Positions 49,715 through 59,227 of a DNA stretch of 64,000 nt are shown here, in pieces; within the stretch, counting starts at the first letter, position 1, and each line of letters opens with the position of its first letter. The notes under the pieces were generated by a model, which was not told where the DNA came from, made no database searches, and worked only from the letters and a program-made list of their open reading frames with translations. A program made the position numbers and the translations under genes. The stretch comes from Acidimicrobiia bacterium (GTDB lineage Bacteria > Actinomycetota > Acidimicrobiia > Spongiisociales > ZC4RG35): NCBI GenBank assembly GCA_965215185.1, contig OZ244034.1, forward strand, positions 2,048,001 to 2,112,000. The letters are read 5' to 3'.

Positions 49715-50712
49715 GATCGTGCGCCTTTCCTGGCGTCCAACCCTCCCTGCGGTTGTTTGTGATTCCCGTTGGGCTCGGCTGCGTGTCCGGTCAAAGTGAG
49801 GAACACATCGTTGAGGGTGGGACGCCTCAGACCGACATCGTGCAAAGCGATTTCTGCCCGATCCAAGGCCCGGAGAGCCTCGGTCAACACCGCGGCGCCG
49901 CCCGAGACGGGAACTGTAACTTTGCGATTCCGTTCTTGGCATACCAGGTCACCCACCGCAAACCGCTCCATCACCTCCCGGGTTCTGGGAAGGTCATGGG
50001 AAGAGGCGACGGTGATTTCGATTCGTTCGCCACCCACCATTGTCTTGAGTTCATCGGGGGTCCCTTGGGCGATCTCACAGCCCCGGTCGATGACCATGAT
50101 CCGGTCCGCCAGATGGTCGGCCTCCTCCAGATATTGGGTGGTGAGGAGCAAAGTGGACCCCCGCGCCACCAATTCACGTATAACACCCCACAACTCGATA
50201 CGACTGCGTGGATCCAGACCGGTGGTGGGCTCGTCCAGGAAAAGCACGGGCGGCGAAGCCACCAACGCACCCGCCAGATCCAGCCGACGCCTCATTCCCC
50301 CCGAGTAGGTCTTGACAGGCCGGTTGGCCGCCTCGGTCAAATCGAATATCTCCAGCAACTCCTTTGCCCGAGCCCGCGACTTGGAGCGTCCCAGCCGGTA
50401 CAGGCGTCCTATCATGTCCAAGTTTTCGAAACCGGAGAGATGCTCGTCCAACGCCGCGTACTGGCCCGAAAGCCCAATGCGCTCCCGCACCTGCTTCGGA
50501 GCTTTAATTACATCAGCGCCTGCCACCCGCCCCGATCCCTCATCGGGAAGAATCAAGGTGGTCAGGATCGAGACCGCCGTGGTCTTACCAGCGCCATTGG
50601 GTCCTAGGAGACCGTAAATCGATCCCTCCTCCACGGCCAAGTCCAGCCCGTCCAGAGCCACCACCTCTCCATACCGCTTTACTAGCCCCGAAGCCTCTAT
50701 CACATAGCTCAT
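49711..50712 (-). CDS. DrrA-family ABC exporter ATP-binding protein
   Basis: GPNGAGKTT, GQYAA.DE, YSGGMRRRLD, LDEPTTGLD, TTQYLEEAD, PTL.DVFL.LTG. Confidence 0.93.
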   Translation of the reverse strand: MSYVIEASGLVKRYGEVVALDGLDLAVEEGSIYGLLGPNGAGKTTAVSILTTLILPDEGSGRVAGADVIKAPKQVRERIGLSGQYAALDEHLSGFENLDMIGRLYRLGRSKSRARAKELLEIFDLTEAANRPVKTYSGGMRRRLDLAGALVASPPVLFLDEPTTGLDPRSRIELWGVIRELVARGSTLLLTTQYLEEADHLADRIMVIDRGCEIAQGTPDELKTMVGGERIEITVASSHDLPRTREVMERFAVGDLVCQERNRKVTVPVSGGAAVLTEALRALDRAEIALHDVGLRRPTLNDVFLTLTGHAAEPNGNHKQPQGGLDARKGARS

Positions 50713-51161
50713 AAGCCTCCGATTCGTCAACAGCGGGCTTGCCCGGCCCTACCAAAAGCCAAAGGCTATACCACTCCCGCGACCTACCCCAAAACGCCAC
50801 CACGCTGGCGAACTATCAAGAAAGGGGAGGGATACCAATGCGGCAAGGCCAACGACCCGGCCCGCAGGCATTGTGTTACCAATCGAGAAGAATCGCAGTG
50901 GTCTCCTGGCGGTGCCCACTTGCCTGCGGCAAACATTGATGAGCTTGGATGGCCGACGGTGACGGTTCCCATCGCGTCAGTTGTCCGAGACAGTGCTGCG
51001 TATTGGGGGTCTCCGGCGTTGCCCGCATAACCTGATAGGTGCTCTTGGTTCAATGGGTTTGCGGTGTAGGTCCTAAGAGCGTCGTCTCGTGATGACTTTG
51101 CCTTATACCAGCACGGGGGGCTTGGCCACTACTGCAAGATCGGATCCATCGGCGCCTTTGG

Positions 51162-51884
51162 TCAGGACAGGCGGGATATCCGAACTTGTGCCTCGGCCAT
51201 GTGAAGGGATGCCACCACCGGATCAATACAGAACGCATCAATCAGGTGAGCGACCTCCCCGACCATACCTCCCCAGAGGGTGCATCCGAAGAAGATGGCC
51301 TCCACCTGATCCTGTTCGATCATGGCTCGGGCAGTCGAAACGCCCTCCGCGTGAAGCTGGCGGCGGAACTGCTCCTCGACCATTTCCGCGGTGACATCGG
51401 TGTTGCCAACCAGCGACGCTTCGCCCTCCACATGCATGGGCATGAATGCGACGGAACTGAAGGCCTCTGAAAGCCCGTAGGCTCGCAGCAAGCGATGAGT
51501 CACGTTGGCGATCCTGCGCCGGCCGTGTTCGTCGGGGGACAGCATGCCGACGTTGGCGCCTCGGGCGGCCGCCAATGCGACAGCGGCCTGCAGTGGACCG
51601 ATAACCGGGATCTTGACGCATCGCTGCGCCTCCATCAACGCCGGATCCGCGCAGCATCCGATGATGGCGGCGTCGGCGCCCTCGCGTTCGGCCTGGAGCA
51701 CCGCGGAGATCAATTCATTTATGTAAAGGGGCTCGAGGGGAAGCATGGGTCCGGCGAGTTCGGGGGGTAGTTCCAAGTGGCGCACCTCGATAGACACACC
51801 GCTCGAGGCGTGCTTCTCGAGGACGGACAACATGCGTTTGGAGTGCAGGTCACTCCCTATAGGTTCTATGAACCGAATTCTCAT
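51162..51884 (-). CDS. Asp/Glu/hydantoin racemase family protein
   Basis: IIGCCADP, IPV.GP..A, FGCT, IDPV. Confidence 0.85.
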   Translation of the reverse strand: MRIRFIEPIGSDLHSKRMLSVLEKHASSGVSIEVRHLELPPELAGPMLPLEPLYINELISAVLQAEREGADAAIIGCCADPALMEAQRCVKIPVIGPLQAAVALAAARGANVGMLSPDEHGRRRIANVTHRLLRAYGLSEAFSSVAFMPMHVEGEASLVGNTDVTAEMVEEQFRRQLHAEGVSTARAMIEQDQVEAIFFGCTLWGGMVGEVAHLIDAFCIDPVVASLHMAEAQVRISRLS

Positions 51885-52036
51885 ATGCTCCTCCTGGGCT
51901 CGGCGCCCCGGAAGTCGTCGATACGCGACACAGGGCTAGCCAAATTATATAGGCGGCGGCTCCGGTGGTCCCTTTGATAGCCCGTTTGCTTTAAACGAAA
52001 AGCGTGCTCGGGAAACGAAATCGAGGGAAGGAACTG

Positions 52037-52100
52037 ATGGAGAACCTCTACAGGAAAGTGACCCTCGTGACCAGGGCATCCCGTGGCATCGGCTCAAGAT
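52037..52100 (+). pseudogene. N-terminal stub of a short-chain dehydrogenase
   Basis: RBS GAGGGAAGGA then MENLYRKVTLVTRASRGIG (degenerate KvalVTGASRGIG); similarity ends where the opposite-strand gene ends. Confidence 0.6.
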
Positions 52101-52106
52101 CGCCCC

Positions 52107-52895
52107 TCAGCGCAGGTGGGCGGGGTAGTCACCGGGGGCGGCGGCATGTTGGGACGGCTCGGGAGAGGCCCGGATCAGCAGCATGGCCACCGTGGGGGTG
52201 CCGGTCAGTGTTCCGCCGTGCCAGACACCGGCCGGTCGATGGAAATAACCGTCCTTACGAAGCTCAGCGACCTCCATCTCATCCCGGCGTTGAGACGCCT
52301 GCTGCCAGACCCCCTCCAACACAAACACCTCGACAGGACCCTCATCCACATACCAACGGTCGAAACGAAGATCCACCGCGGCGGTCTGCCAGAATCGCCC
52401 TCCCCGCAGGGATGGCGCCAGGTCCCGTTGGCGGGAGTCCGGAGGAGCGCCGGGCATCTGTATCCAGTCCCGTTCACCGGCCACCACCGGCGCCGGCCGG
52501 CCTGGGTCTTCTTCGCCCTCACCCGCCACGAAGCGCAAGGGCGCCCCGGAAAAGAGCAACAGGGTGGCCCCCTCGGAGCTGCCCAACCCATTCACCATCG
52601 TCCCGGACCGGGCCCCCCACAAGGTATGGAAACCGAGCAGGTGACCGTCCGCCTCCACCTGACCGGAGACCACGAACACCTCCACATCACCGCTGAACGA
52701 GCCGCTCTGGGTTGTCCCCCATCCAGGAGGTACTTCCAGAAGCCGGGTGGAAGGTCCTGATCCGTCCCGGCTCAGGGTCCAGGTGGCGGGGCGACCATAC
52801 AACCCATGGATGGTCATTGGCCTGGACAGAAAACTCCGCGGGTCGGGAAGGGTTACCGGCTGGAAGCGCCGGTCGGCTACGCCGGGATCATCCAC
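52107..52895 (-). CDS. Double-cupin (ChrR-like/DUF4437-like) protein
   Basis: Two cupin halves: LS.D....T.L...PPGW...EVFV.SG and EVFVLEG...YF.RPAG.WHG. True start may be slightly upstream. Confidence 0.65.
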   Translation of the reverse strand: MDDPGVADRRFQPVTLPDPRSFLSRPMTIHGLYGRPATWTLSRDGSGPSTRLLEVPPGWGTTQSGSFSGDVEVFVVSGQVEADGHLLGFHTLWGARSGTMVNGLGSSEGATLLLFSGAPLRFVAGEGEEDPGRPAPVVAGERDWIQMPGAPPDSRQRDLAPSLRGGRFWQTAAVDLRFDRWYVDEGPVEVFVLEGVWQQASQRRDEMEVAELRKDGYFHRPAGVWHGGTLTGTPTVAMLLIRASPEPSQHAAAPGDYPAHLR

Positions 52896-52913
52896 TTCCT
52901 GCCGGGCCGCTGC

Positions 52914-53783
52914 CTAGGCGAAGTCGAACAGTCGCATGGCGTTCCCACCCCGGATTGCGTCCCTGTCCGCCTCCGACAGGTTGGGCAGATAGTGATCCAC
53001 TAACGCCAACTGTTCGGGATAACCGGGCTCCACCGCGATCCACGGGTAGTCGGAGGCCCACAGCATCCGCTCCGCCCCGAAAATTCCATAGATGGCGTCC
53101 ACCACCGGCTGCAGATCGGGATGGGGATACGGCTCTTGGGTGAAGGCGTACTGTCCGGACAAGTGAACATACACGTTGGGACGAGCGGCGATCACTTCTA
53201 TAGTCTTCAGCGACTCGGGCGGAAGCGCCAGGCTGAACCGGGGACGGCCCCACTCGTCAGCTCTGATCTCATCCCAGATGCTCGGACAGAACCCCAGGTG
53301 GTTGATGACCACCGTCAGATCGGGAAGATGCTCCAGCACCCGATCCAGCAGCAAGACCTGCTCTTCCGTCGCATAGAACCACAATTTCACCCCGTCGGCG
53401 GCCATTTGCTCCAGGACAGGAAACATCTCGATCTGATCGGCGGGTTGGGTGGGATCGGGATCGAGATTGAAGAGCCGAAACCCCTGGAAAGGCGTGGCCT
53501 GGCGTCGCTCCCGGTAGTTGGCAAGTTGATCTCCAGCGGAGACATCCTGCACTCCAACTATGGCAAACGAGTCTGGACGGGTGGCCACCACTTCCCGCAG
53601 GTATTCGTCGTGATGGGAGATCCCCACGATTGCCGCCTTGTCAACTCCGGCCCGCTCCATATGTCCAAAGTATTCGTCCATCGGCGCCCGGCGTTCGGGT
53701 GGGGTCAGACCCGGAAACACATCACGGGGATATTGCTCGGAAATCGATTCGAACAGATGGAGGTGGGCATCGACCACCGTCAT
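52914..53783 (-). CDS. Amidohydrolase family (Amidohydro_2) protein
   Basis: DAHLH, V.INHLG, PNVYV.LSG, FGAERM.W.SDYP, GGNA.RLF; RBS AAGGAG. Confidence 0.9.
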   Translation of the reverse strand: MTVVDAHLHLFESISEQYPRDVFPGLTPPERRAPMDEYFGHMERAGVDKAAIVGISHHDEYLREVVATRPDSFAIVGVQDVSAGDQLANYRERRQATPFQGFRLFNLDPDPTQPADQIEMFPVLEQMAADGVKLWFYATEEQVLLLDRVLEHLPDLTVVINHLGFCPSIWDEIRADEWGRPRFSLALPPESLKTIEVIAARPNVYVHLSGQYAFTQEPYPHPDLQPVVDAIYGIFGAERMLWASDYPWIAVEPGYPEQLALVDHYLPNLSEADRDAIRGGNAMRLFDFA

Positions 53784-54082
53784 AGGACAACTCCTTTCAA
53801 AGACCGTTAGGGATATCGTAACCCCAAAGCAAACGCCGTCACGCAGGCGGACAGGTGCTTAGGGCACACCACCCAAACAGACAGGGCTCGAGCGGCAGAC
53901 GTCATCCGGGCTTCGCAGGTAACACCGCCACCACCCCCTTTCTCTTTCGTCGGCCTGGGCGCCATGATGTTAACTGGCGCATATCCCGGCCTCATTGTTG
54001 GGTCTAGGACGGACTCGGTCTCCCTTGAGGGAGCCCCCGTGCGGCTGGGTAGTATCCGCGTTGAGCACACAACAGTCCAGAG

Positions 54083-55369
54083 GTGGCCGATTTGGGATCC
54101 GTGGCCAGAAGGGATAGGGCTTCGTTCTGGTTGTCTGTAGCCCTATTAATAGCCCTAGCCCTCCTTTTTGCTCTATCCATTGTGAAAAGCAGGAGCGTTG
54201 CTTTGGAGGCGCGACCGGCGGTGGCTTTGAATGCTTTGTACGGAGAGGACCCGCTGAGGCTGATCGCCGGATACGACCTGACCACTTACTACACCCTGGA
54301 CGAGGACCTCTGGGACGTATGGATCTGCGAGGTGGCCGAAGGAAACTTGGATTTAGCTCCTGAAGAAGTGGTCGGCTTGCTGGAATCAGAAATCACGCCT
54401 TACTTCGATTGGCTCTCTGGGGGCCGCTATCGCCCAGTTTTCCGGGTGGGCGGGACAATGGAAGCCGCTTCTTTCGACAATCGGGGCGACTGCATCCGCT
54501 CGGTATGGAAGGCCTCTGCGAAGATACCGCCAGAAAACAGAGCGGAGGGCGCAATTTTGATCGTCAACAATGTGTCCTACGCAAGCTTTGGCAGCCTGGG
54601 TCCCATATCCTATATCTCGCCGGTTGAGGCGACATTGCGCGCAACTACCTTCCCGAGAAACAGCCGCTTTGTATACCTTGACGGTAGATCAGTGGTCGAC
54701 CCAGGCAGTTTGTCATCACATCCGGCTGCTGGGTTCACACAGCCAAGTTTGTTCACGGTTGCCCACGAACTTGGACATGCTGTCGGTTTCCCTCACTCCT
54801 ATCGGTTCACTCGCTATGACAACCCGATGGAAGTCATGGGCGACACCGATGCTGTCTCGGGCCTGCAAATAGGCACCATCGCTATCAACAGATACGCAGC
54901 CGGATGGATGGACCCCGAAGAGGTGGCGATCTATACAGGAGGTGGGATTGCCCGACACACACTCAGTCCGCTTGGCGACAACGGCACCCAAATGCTGGTG
55001 CTCAGATCGGATGAGAATATTTTTGTCACGCTGGGGGCACGGATCAGAAAGGGGTATGACTCTGGATTGCCCAAAGAAGGCGTTGAATCATATGTCATTG
55101 AACAGCATCCCCCGATCTGTTTCCACTATCCAGGTTACGAGGCCTGCCTTGGTACCTCAAGACCCACCCGAGCAATCATTACCGACTCGACGAGCCCCAT
55201 CGACGAAAGCGATCCCGTTACGCATGTGATGGGCATAGGTGATGGTTACACGTGGGGAGATATGACCGTCACCGTTATAGAGCGAATCGGTGACGATTTC
55301 GTAGTGGAAGTGAACGACAGTTGGCCCACCGATGACGACTCCTTGCAAGCCAATGATCCTCCCCGGTGA
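54083..55369 (+). CDS. Secreted/membrane-anchored zincin metalloprotease (M6-like domain)
   Basis: N-terminal TM; AHELGHAVGFPHS (HExxHxxxxxH), YDNP..VM (Met-turn-like), NRY.AGW. Confidence 0.75.
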   Translation: MADLGSVARRDRASFWLSVALLIALALLFALSIVKSRSVALEARPAVALNALYGEDPLRLIAGYDLTTYYTLDEDLWDVWICEVAEGNLDLAPEEVVGLLESEITPYFDWLSGGRYRPVFRVGGTMEAASFDNRGDCIRSVWKASAKIPPENRAEGAILIVNNVSYASFGSLGPISYISPVEATLRATTFPRNSRFVYLDGRSVVDPGSLSSHPAAGFTQPSLFTVAHELGHAVGFPHSYRFTRYDNPMEVMGDTDAVSGLQIGTIAINRYAAGWMDPEEVAIYTGGGIARHTLSPLGDNGTQMLVLRSDENIFVTLGARIRKGYDSGLPKEGVESYVIEQHPPICFHYPGYEACLGTSRPTRAIITDSTSPIDESDPVTHVMGIGDGYTWGDMTVTVIERIGDDFVVEVNDSWPTDDDSLQANDPPR

Positions 55370-55695
55370 TAGACCCGCAGAAGTTGAAAGGCAATCGCTT
55401 CACCACTGATGACGGAAAACATGCACGAAGAGACCTCGAAATTGTTGCCGCTATGGGCATCCCCAAGGGATGCAACTCTCCCGAGAACCGGACGACCGCC
55501 CCAGGGAGCCCGGCACCTGGGATAAGCGGAGCGCCCTAGCGGCAGGCATGCCAAGAGGCTATTCCCTCGAAGCACCCTACCGCCCTCATGATCAAATCCT
55601 GCCAGACCCAGATGGCCCATTCTTCGCTCCCGTTTTGACGAAATAGCTATACCACGGCCTGAGACTTTCCTTTGGGAAACTCCGAGGATGGTATC

Positions 55696-55717
55696 TGTTA
55701 CACCCTGCATCTACTAT
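55696..55717 (+). promoter_or_regulatory. Putative promoter TGTTAC-N10-TACTAT
   Basis: Same geometry as the motif before jetC; RBS GAGGAG follows before ATG 55742. Confidence 0.4.
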
Positions 55718-55741
55718 CCGCTACTTGCGAGAGGAGTATGA

Positions 55742-58150
55742 ATGGGCATGCGTAGCGAAGTCATCGACATGTTGGCGGCCAAGAAAGTCGATGATGCGAC
55801 TCGGCAACTGGTGGTAGCGGCCTGGTTGGGACCGGATATGGTGGACAAGGTTCTCTCTGGAGAGCAGGCTGACCCGGTTACTGATCCCGCAGAAACCGAC
55901 AAGGGTCAGGTTCCCTCGGTCTATTTGGAAAGCCTCACCGTCAACGGGTTCCGCGGCATCGGCCCCGAAGCGACCCTACAACTCAACCCACAGCCTGGGC
56001 TGACCGTAGTGGCGGGACGAAACGGATCAGGCAAATCCAGCTTCTTCGATGCTCTTGAGGTACTGCTCACCGATGACAGCTACCGCTGGAAGGGCAAGCC
56101 GAAAGTATGGCAAGGAGGGTGGCGAAACCTGCATCAAGCCACCGGACCGCGGGTCATGGCACGCTTCCAAGTGGAAGGCGTAGCCGGAGATACCGTGGTG
56201 GAGAAGACTTGGGACGATGGCGCCAAAGATGTGGGCGACGCCTCCACCACCGCTCAGCACCATGGACAAAAGCGGAGTGATCTGATCGGGCTCGGTTGGA
56301 CCGAGCCCCTGGAGTTATATCGGCCCCTCCTTTCCCATCCGGAACTCGGAACCATCGCGTCAAAGCCTTCCGGGCTCTACGACACCCTCAGCAAGGTGCT
56401 GGGCTTGGAAGACATGGCCAGCTCAATCCAAGTGCTGTCTAAAGCCCGGAGCGAACGGGAAGGGTTGAACAGAGATGTCAGTGCGCGACTCGGCAGAGAA
56501 CTACTCCCGGCCTTGAAAGCCATAGATGACGACCGTGCTGCCGTTGCGCTCGGGGTTCTTTCCAAGATACCTTGGGAACTCGACATAATAGACCGCCTTC
56601 TGACCGGTGGAGACACGCCTTCAACGCAACCGTTGCGAGTGCTTGCTCGACTAACCCTCCCCACCCTCGAGCAGGTGATGACGGTAGCTGAGCAGGTGGA
56701 GATGGCAGTTCTGGCTGTGGAGGATCTCGCAGGAACCGACATGCAACGTTTCAGCAACATCGCAGACTTGTTGGAAAACGCCCTCAATCACCACCGTCTT
56801 CACGGCGACGAATTCTGCCCGGTGTGCGGCGAAGGACGATTGGACGACCAATGGCAAAGCTCAGCCCGATCCCGGATCAAGGAACTCCGGAAGGAGGCAT
56901 CACGTTACCGAGCAGCAGAGCACAAACTCAAAGAGGAGCTGCACAACGCTCAACTCCTGGCAAGCCCCAGACCCTTACCAGAGGGCACACTGGTGGATAT
57001 CTCTGAGCTTCGAGAGTCGTGGGAACGATGGAATGCGCTCCCCAAGAGCCCCTCGAAAGTTCCCCAGCATCTCATAGACCATTGCGAAGTGGTTACAAAA
57101 GCGGCCCAGTCAGTTGTTCGACAGGCCCAGGAATGGCACTCCGAACGCGAAGCCTTATGGGCCCCGGTTAGGGATTTGCTTTTGGCCTGGATACCCGACG
57201 CTAGGAGGGCCGAAAAGGGGCGACACGACTCCAAATTGATCAAGGACGCGGAAACGGCCCTCAAGGAGATATCTGAAGAACTGCGCAGCAGTCGGTGGGA
57301 GCCAATCGAAAAGGAGGCGCTGGGACTTTGGCGCAATCTGCGGCTGCAAAGCACCATTGATTTGGAGTCCATTGGATTAACGGGCACAGGGACCAGGCGG
57401 CGGGTAGATCTCAAGGTCAAAGTTAATGGTAAAGAAGTCGCTGCTTTGGGTGTGGCGAGCCAAGGGGAGATCAACTGTCTGGCGCTCTCCCTCTTCTTCC
57501 CGCGCGGCACGCTACCCGAGAGCCCGTTTCGTTTTCTCGTAATCGACGATCCGGTCCAAGCAATGGACCCCGCCCGTGTCGATGGCTTAGCAAGGGTTTT
57601 CCACCATATCGCCACTGAACGTCAGTTAGTGGTATTCACTCACGATGACCGCCTCCCCGAAGCATTACGTCGTCTTCGCTTGCCGTGCAGCATCACAGAG
57701 GTAACTCGCCTACCGGGTTCGGTCGTTACAGTGCGGAACGCTCTCGACCCTGTTGAGCAGTACTTTGAAGATGCTAGAGCGCTGGCGAGTGACAGGAGAC
57801 TCCCCTCCGATGTTGCCATCCAATCGGTGCCAGGTATTTGCCGACAGGGCTTGGAAGCAGCTTGTATGGAGAGAATCCGCCGCAGGAGGATAGGACGAGG
57901 GCAGACGCATGCTCAGGTAGAAGAACACATCGCGAAAGCCAGTACCTTGAAGCCGCTGGCGGCGTTGGCCCTATTAGAAGATCTCAGCAAGACTTCTCAG
58001 GTGGTCACTTTGATATCCCAACGGTGGGGCCCGGACCTGGCTGATGTCTTCCAGGTCTGCAATAGGCGGGTGCATGAGGGTTATTCCGGCAATCTCACTG
58101 ACTTCATCAACCAGTGCACGAGACTTGCCAAGAGGATAAAGGGTGACTGA
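55742..58150 (+). CDS. Rad50/SbcC/RloC-like ABC ATPase with zinc hook and C-terminal HEPN-like domain
   Basis: L..L.V.GFRGIG, GRNGSGKSS, coiled coil with central CPVC, ASQGE signature, LVIDDPVQAMD, FTHD; tail CRQGLE...CNRRVH. Confidence 0.8.
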   Translation: MGMRSEVIDMLAAKKVDDATRQLVVAAWLGPDMVDKVLSGEQADPVTDPAETDKGQVPSVYLESLTVNGFRGIGPEATLQLNPQPGLTVVAGRNGSGKSSFFDALEVLLTDDSYRWKGKPKVWQGGWRNLHQATGPRVMARFQVEGVAGDTVVEKTWDDGAKDVGDASTTAQHHGQKRSDLIGLGWTEPLELYRPLLSHPELGTIASKPSGLYDTLSKVLGLEDMASSIQVLSKARSEREGLNRDVSARLGRELLPALKAIDDDRAAVALGVLSKIPWELDIIDRLLTGGDTPSTQPLRVLARLTLPTLEQVMTVAEQVEMAVLAVEDLAGTDMQRFSNIADLLENALNHHRLHGDEFCPVCGEGRLDDQWQSSARSRIKELRKEASRYRAAEHKLKEELHNAQLLASPRPLPEGTLVDISELRESWERWNALPKSPSKVPQHLIDHCEVVTKAAQSVVRQAQEWHSEREALWAPVRDLLLAWIPDARRAEKGRHDSKLIKDAETALKEISEELRSSRWEPIEKEALGLWRNLRLQSTIDLESIGLTGTGTRRRVDLKVKVNGKEVAALGVASQGEINCLALSLFFPRGTLPESPFRFLVIDDPVQAMDPARVDGLARVFHHIATERQLVVFTHDDRLPEALRRLRLPCSITEVTRLPGSVVTVRNALDPVEQYFEDARALASDRRLPSDVAIQSVPGICRQGLEAACMERIRRRRIGRGQTHAQVEEHIAKASTLKPLAALALLEDLSKTSQVVTLISQRWGPDLADVFQVCNRRVHEGYSGNLTDFINQCTRLAKRIKGD

Positions 58151-58496
58151 AAAGCTGTTGGAACTGGCTCGCCGACTCTTGAACGAGCCGGGTATGGGAC
58201 CGGAGGGCACGGGGCCGCGGGTGGCTGCGTTTCTAGCTCGCCGGGCACTGGAGTCAGCCTTGGCGGAGCTGTGGAAGAAACAAATGCCTGGGGTAGAGCA
58301 CGCTAGCTTCCGCAGTCAACTCATCTGCCTTCCTCTGGTCTTGGACAACAAAGGACTCGTGGCCGACACCCGGGCGGCCTGGCATTTCCTCAGTCGGGCA
58401 TGCCACCATCACCAGTACGAACTGGCGCCCGTCGCCCAAGAGCTGGAGGTCTGGATCGGCCAGGTGGAACGGCTGCTAACCATCTTGGATACCTAG
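58143..58496 (+). CDS. Small HEPN-like protein
   Basis: Helical 117 aa; AAFLARRALE and LSRACHHH (Rx4H); 8-nt overlap with the ATPase stop. Confidence 0.65.
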   Translation: MTEKLLELARRLLNEPGMGPEGTGPRVAAFLARRALESALAELWKKQMPGVEHASFRSQLICLPLVLDNKGLVADTRAAWHFLSRACHHHQYELAPVAQELEVWIGQVERLLTILDT

Positions 58497-58583
58497 TTGA
58501 GAACCAGGCCGCCGCGTCACTCTTCGTAGCCCCACCACCCGCAAACCCTGCGCAACAGAGATCACCAAATGTCGGAAGAGGCC

Positions 58584-59216
58584 ATGAGCACAGCCAGAGG
58601 GGTTTACGCGTCCACCAAATTGCTTGGAAGAGGGATATATGACCTTGTCGAGGCGGCGCGGATGATCCGAAGGGATCCCTACACCGTCGCTAGATGGACA
58701 CAAGGGGAACATCCCTTACATGTTGTTCCCAACTCTCCCCGCTTTACATTTCTGGACGTAATCAGCCTGTACGTGATCTCGGAACTACGTCGGCGGAACG
58801 TATCGATGGAAGACATCCGCAAAGGTGGTGAATACCTAGCCGAAAAACGGCACATCCCTTACCCTTTTGCGCACCAGCAACTGGCCACCGCCGGTAGAGC
58901 ATTCTTGGGCAACGTTGGAGAGTGGCGAGACGTGGGCAAGCGAGGCCAAGGCACCTTCGAAATAATTATCCAAGATGTCTTGCGCCCCATTGAATTCGGC
59001 AGCGACGAACTGGCGGCGGTTTGGAGACCAGCCGAGGGCGTTTGGGTGAATCCCCTCATCCAAGCCGGCGCACCTTGTATCGACGGGACCAGAGTGCCAA
59101 CCCGGTTAATATCCGATTTGGCAGCCGTTGGGGAAAGACTCTCGGACATCTCCGAGGACCTTGCCCTCGATATCTCTCAACTCAAAGCAGCTGTTGACTA
59201 TGAAGACGCTGCATAA
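58584..59216 (+). CDS. DUF433-domain antitoxin (MerR-like HTH + DUF433)
   Basis: G.Y...EAAR.....V.RW, F.D...L....LR...S...IR, YPFA, V..NP..Q.G.PCI.GTRVP...I..D..L...Q..AA..YE. Confidence 0.85.
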   Translation: MSTARGVYASTKLLGRGIYDLVEAARMIRRDPYTVARWTQGEHPLHVVPNSPRFTFLDVISLYVISELRRRNVSMEDIRKGGEYLAEKRHIPYPFAHQQLATAGRAFLGNVGEWRDVGKRGQGTFEIIIQDVLRPIEFGSDELAAVWRPAEGVWVNPLIQAGAPCIDGTRVPTRLISDLAAVGERLSDISEDLALDISQLKAAVDYEDAA

Positions 59217-59227
59217 GAGTTACACCC

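Noticed and set aside
50784-51110. Possible amidohydrolase relic (GDPQYAAL...VTVGHP)
   Set aside because: Resemblance is too short and degenerate to support without a search.
55742-58150. Housekeeping recF/recN/sbcC
   Set aside because: Size, extra C-terminal domain, missing sbcD and accessory context do not fit, so no symbol was assigned.
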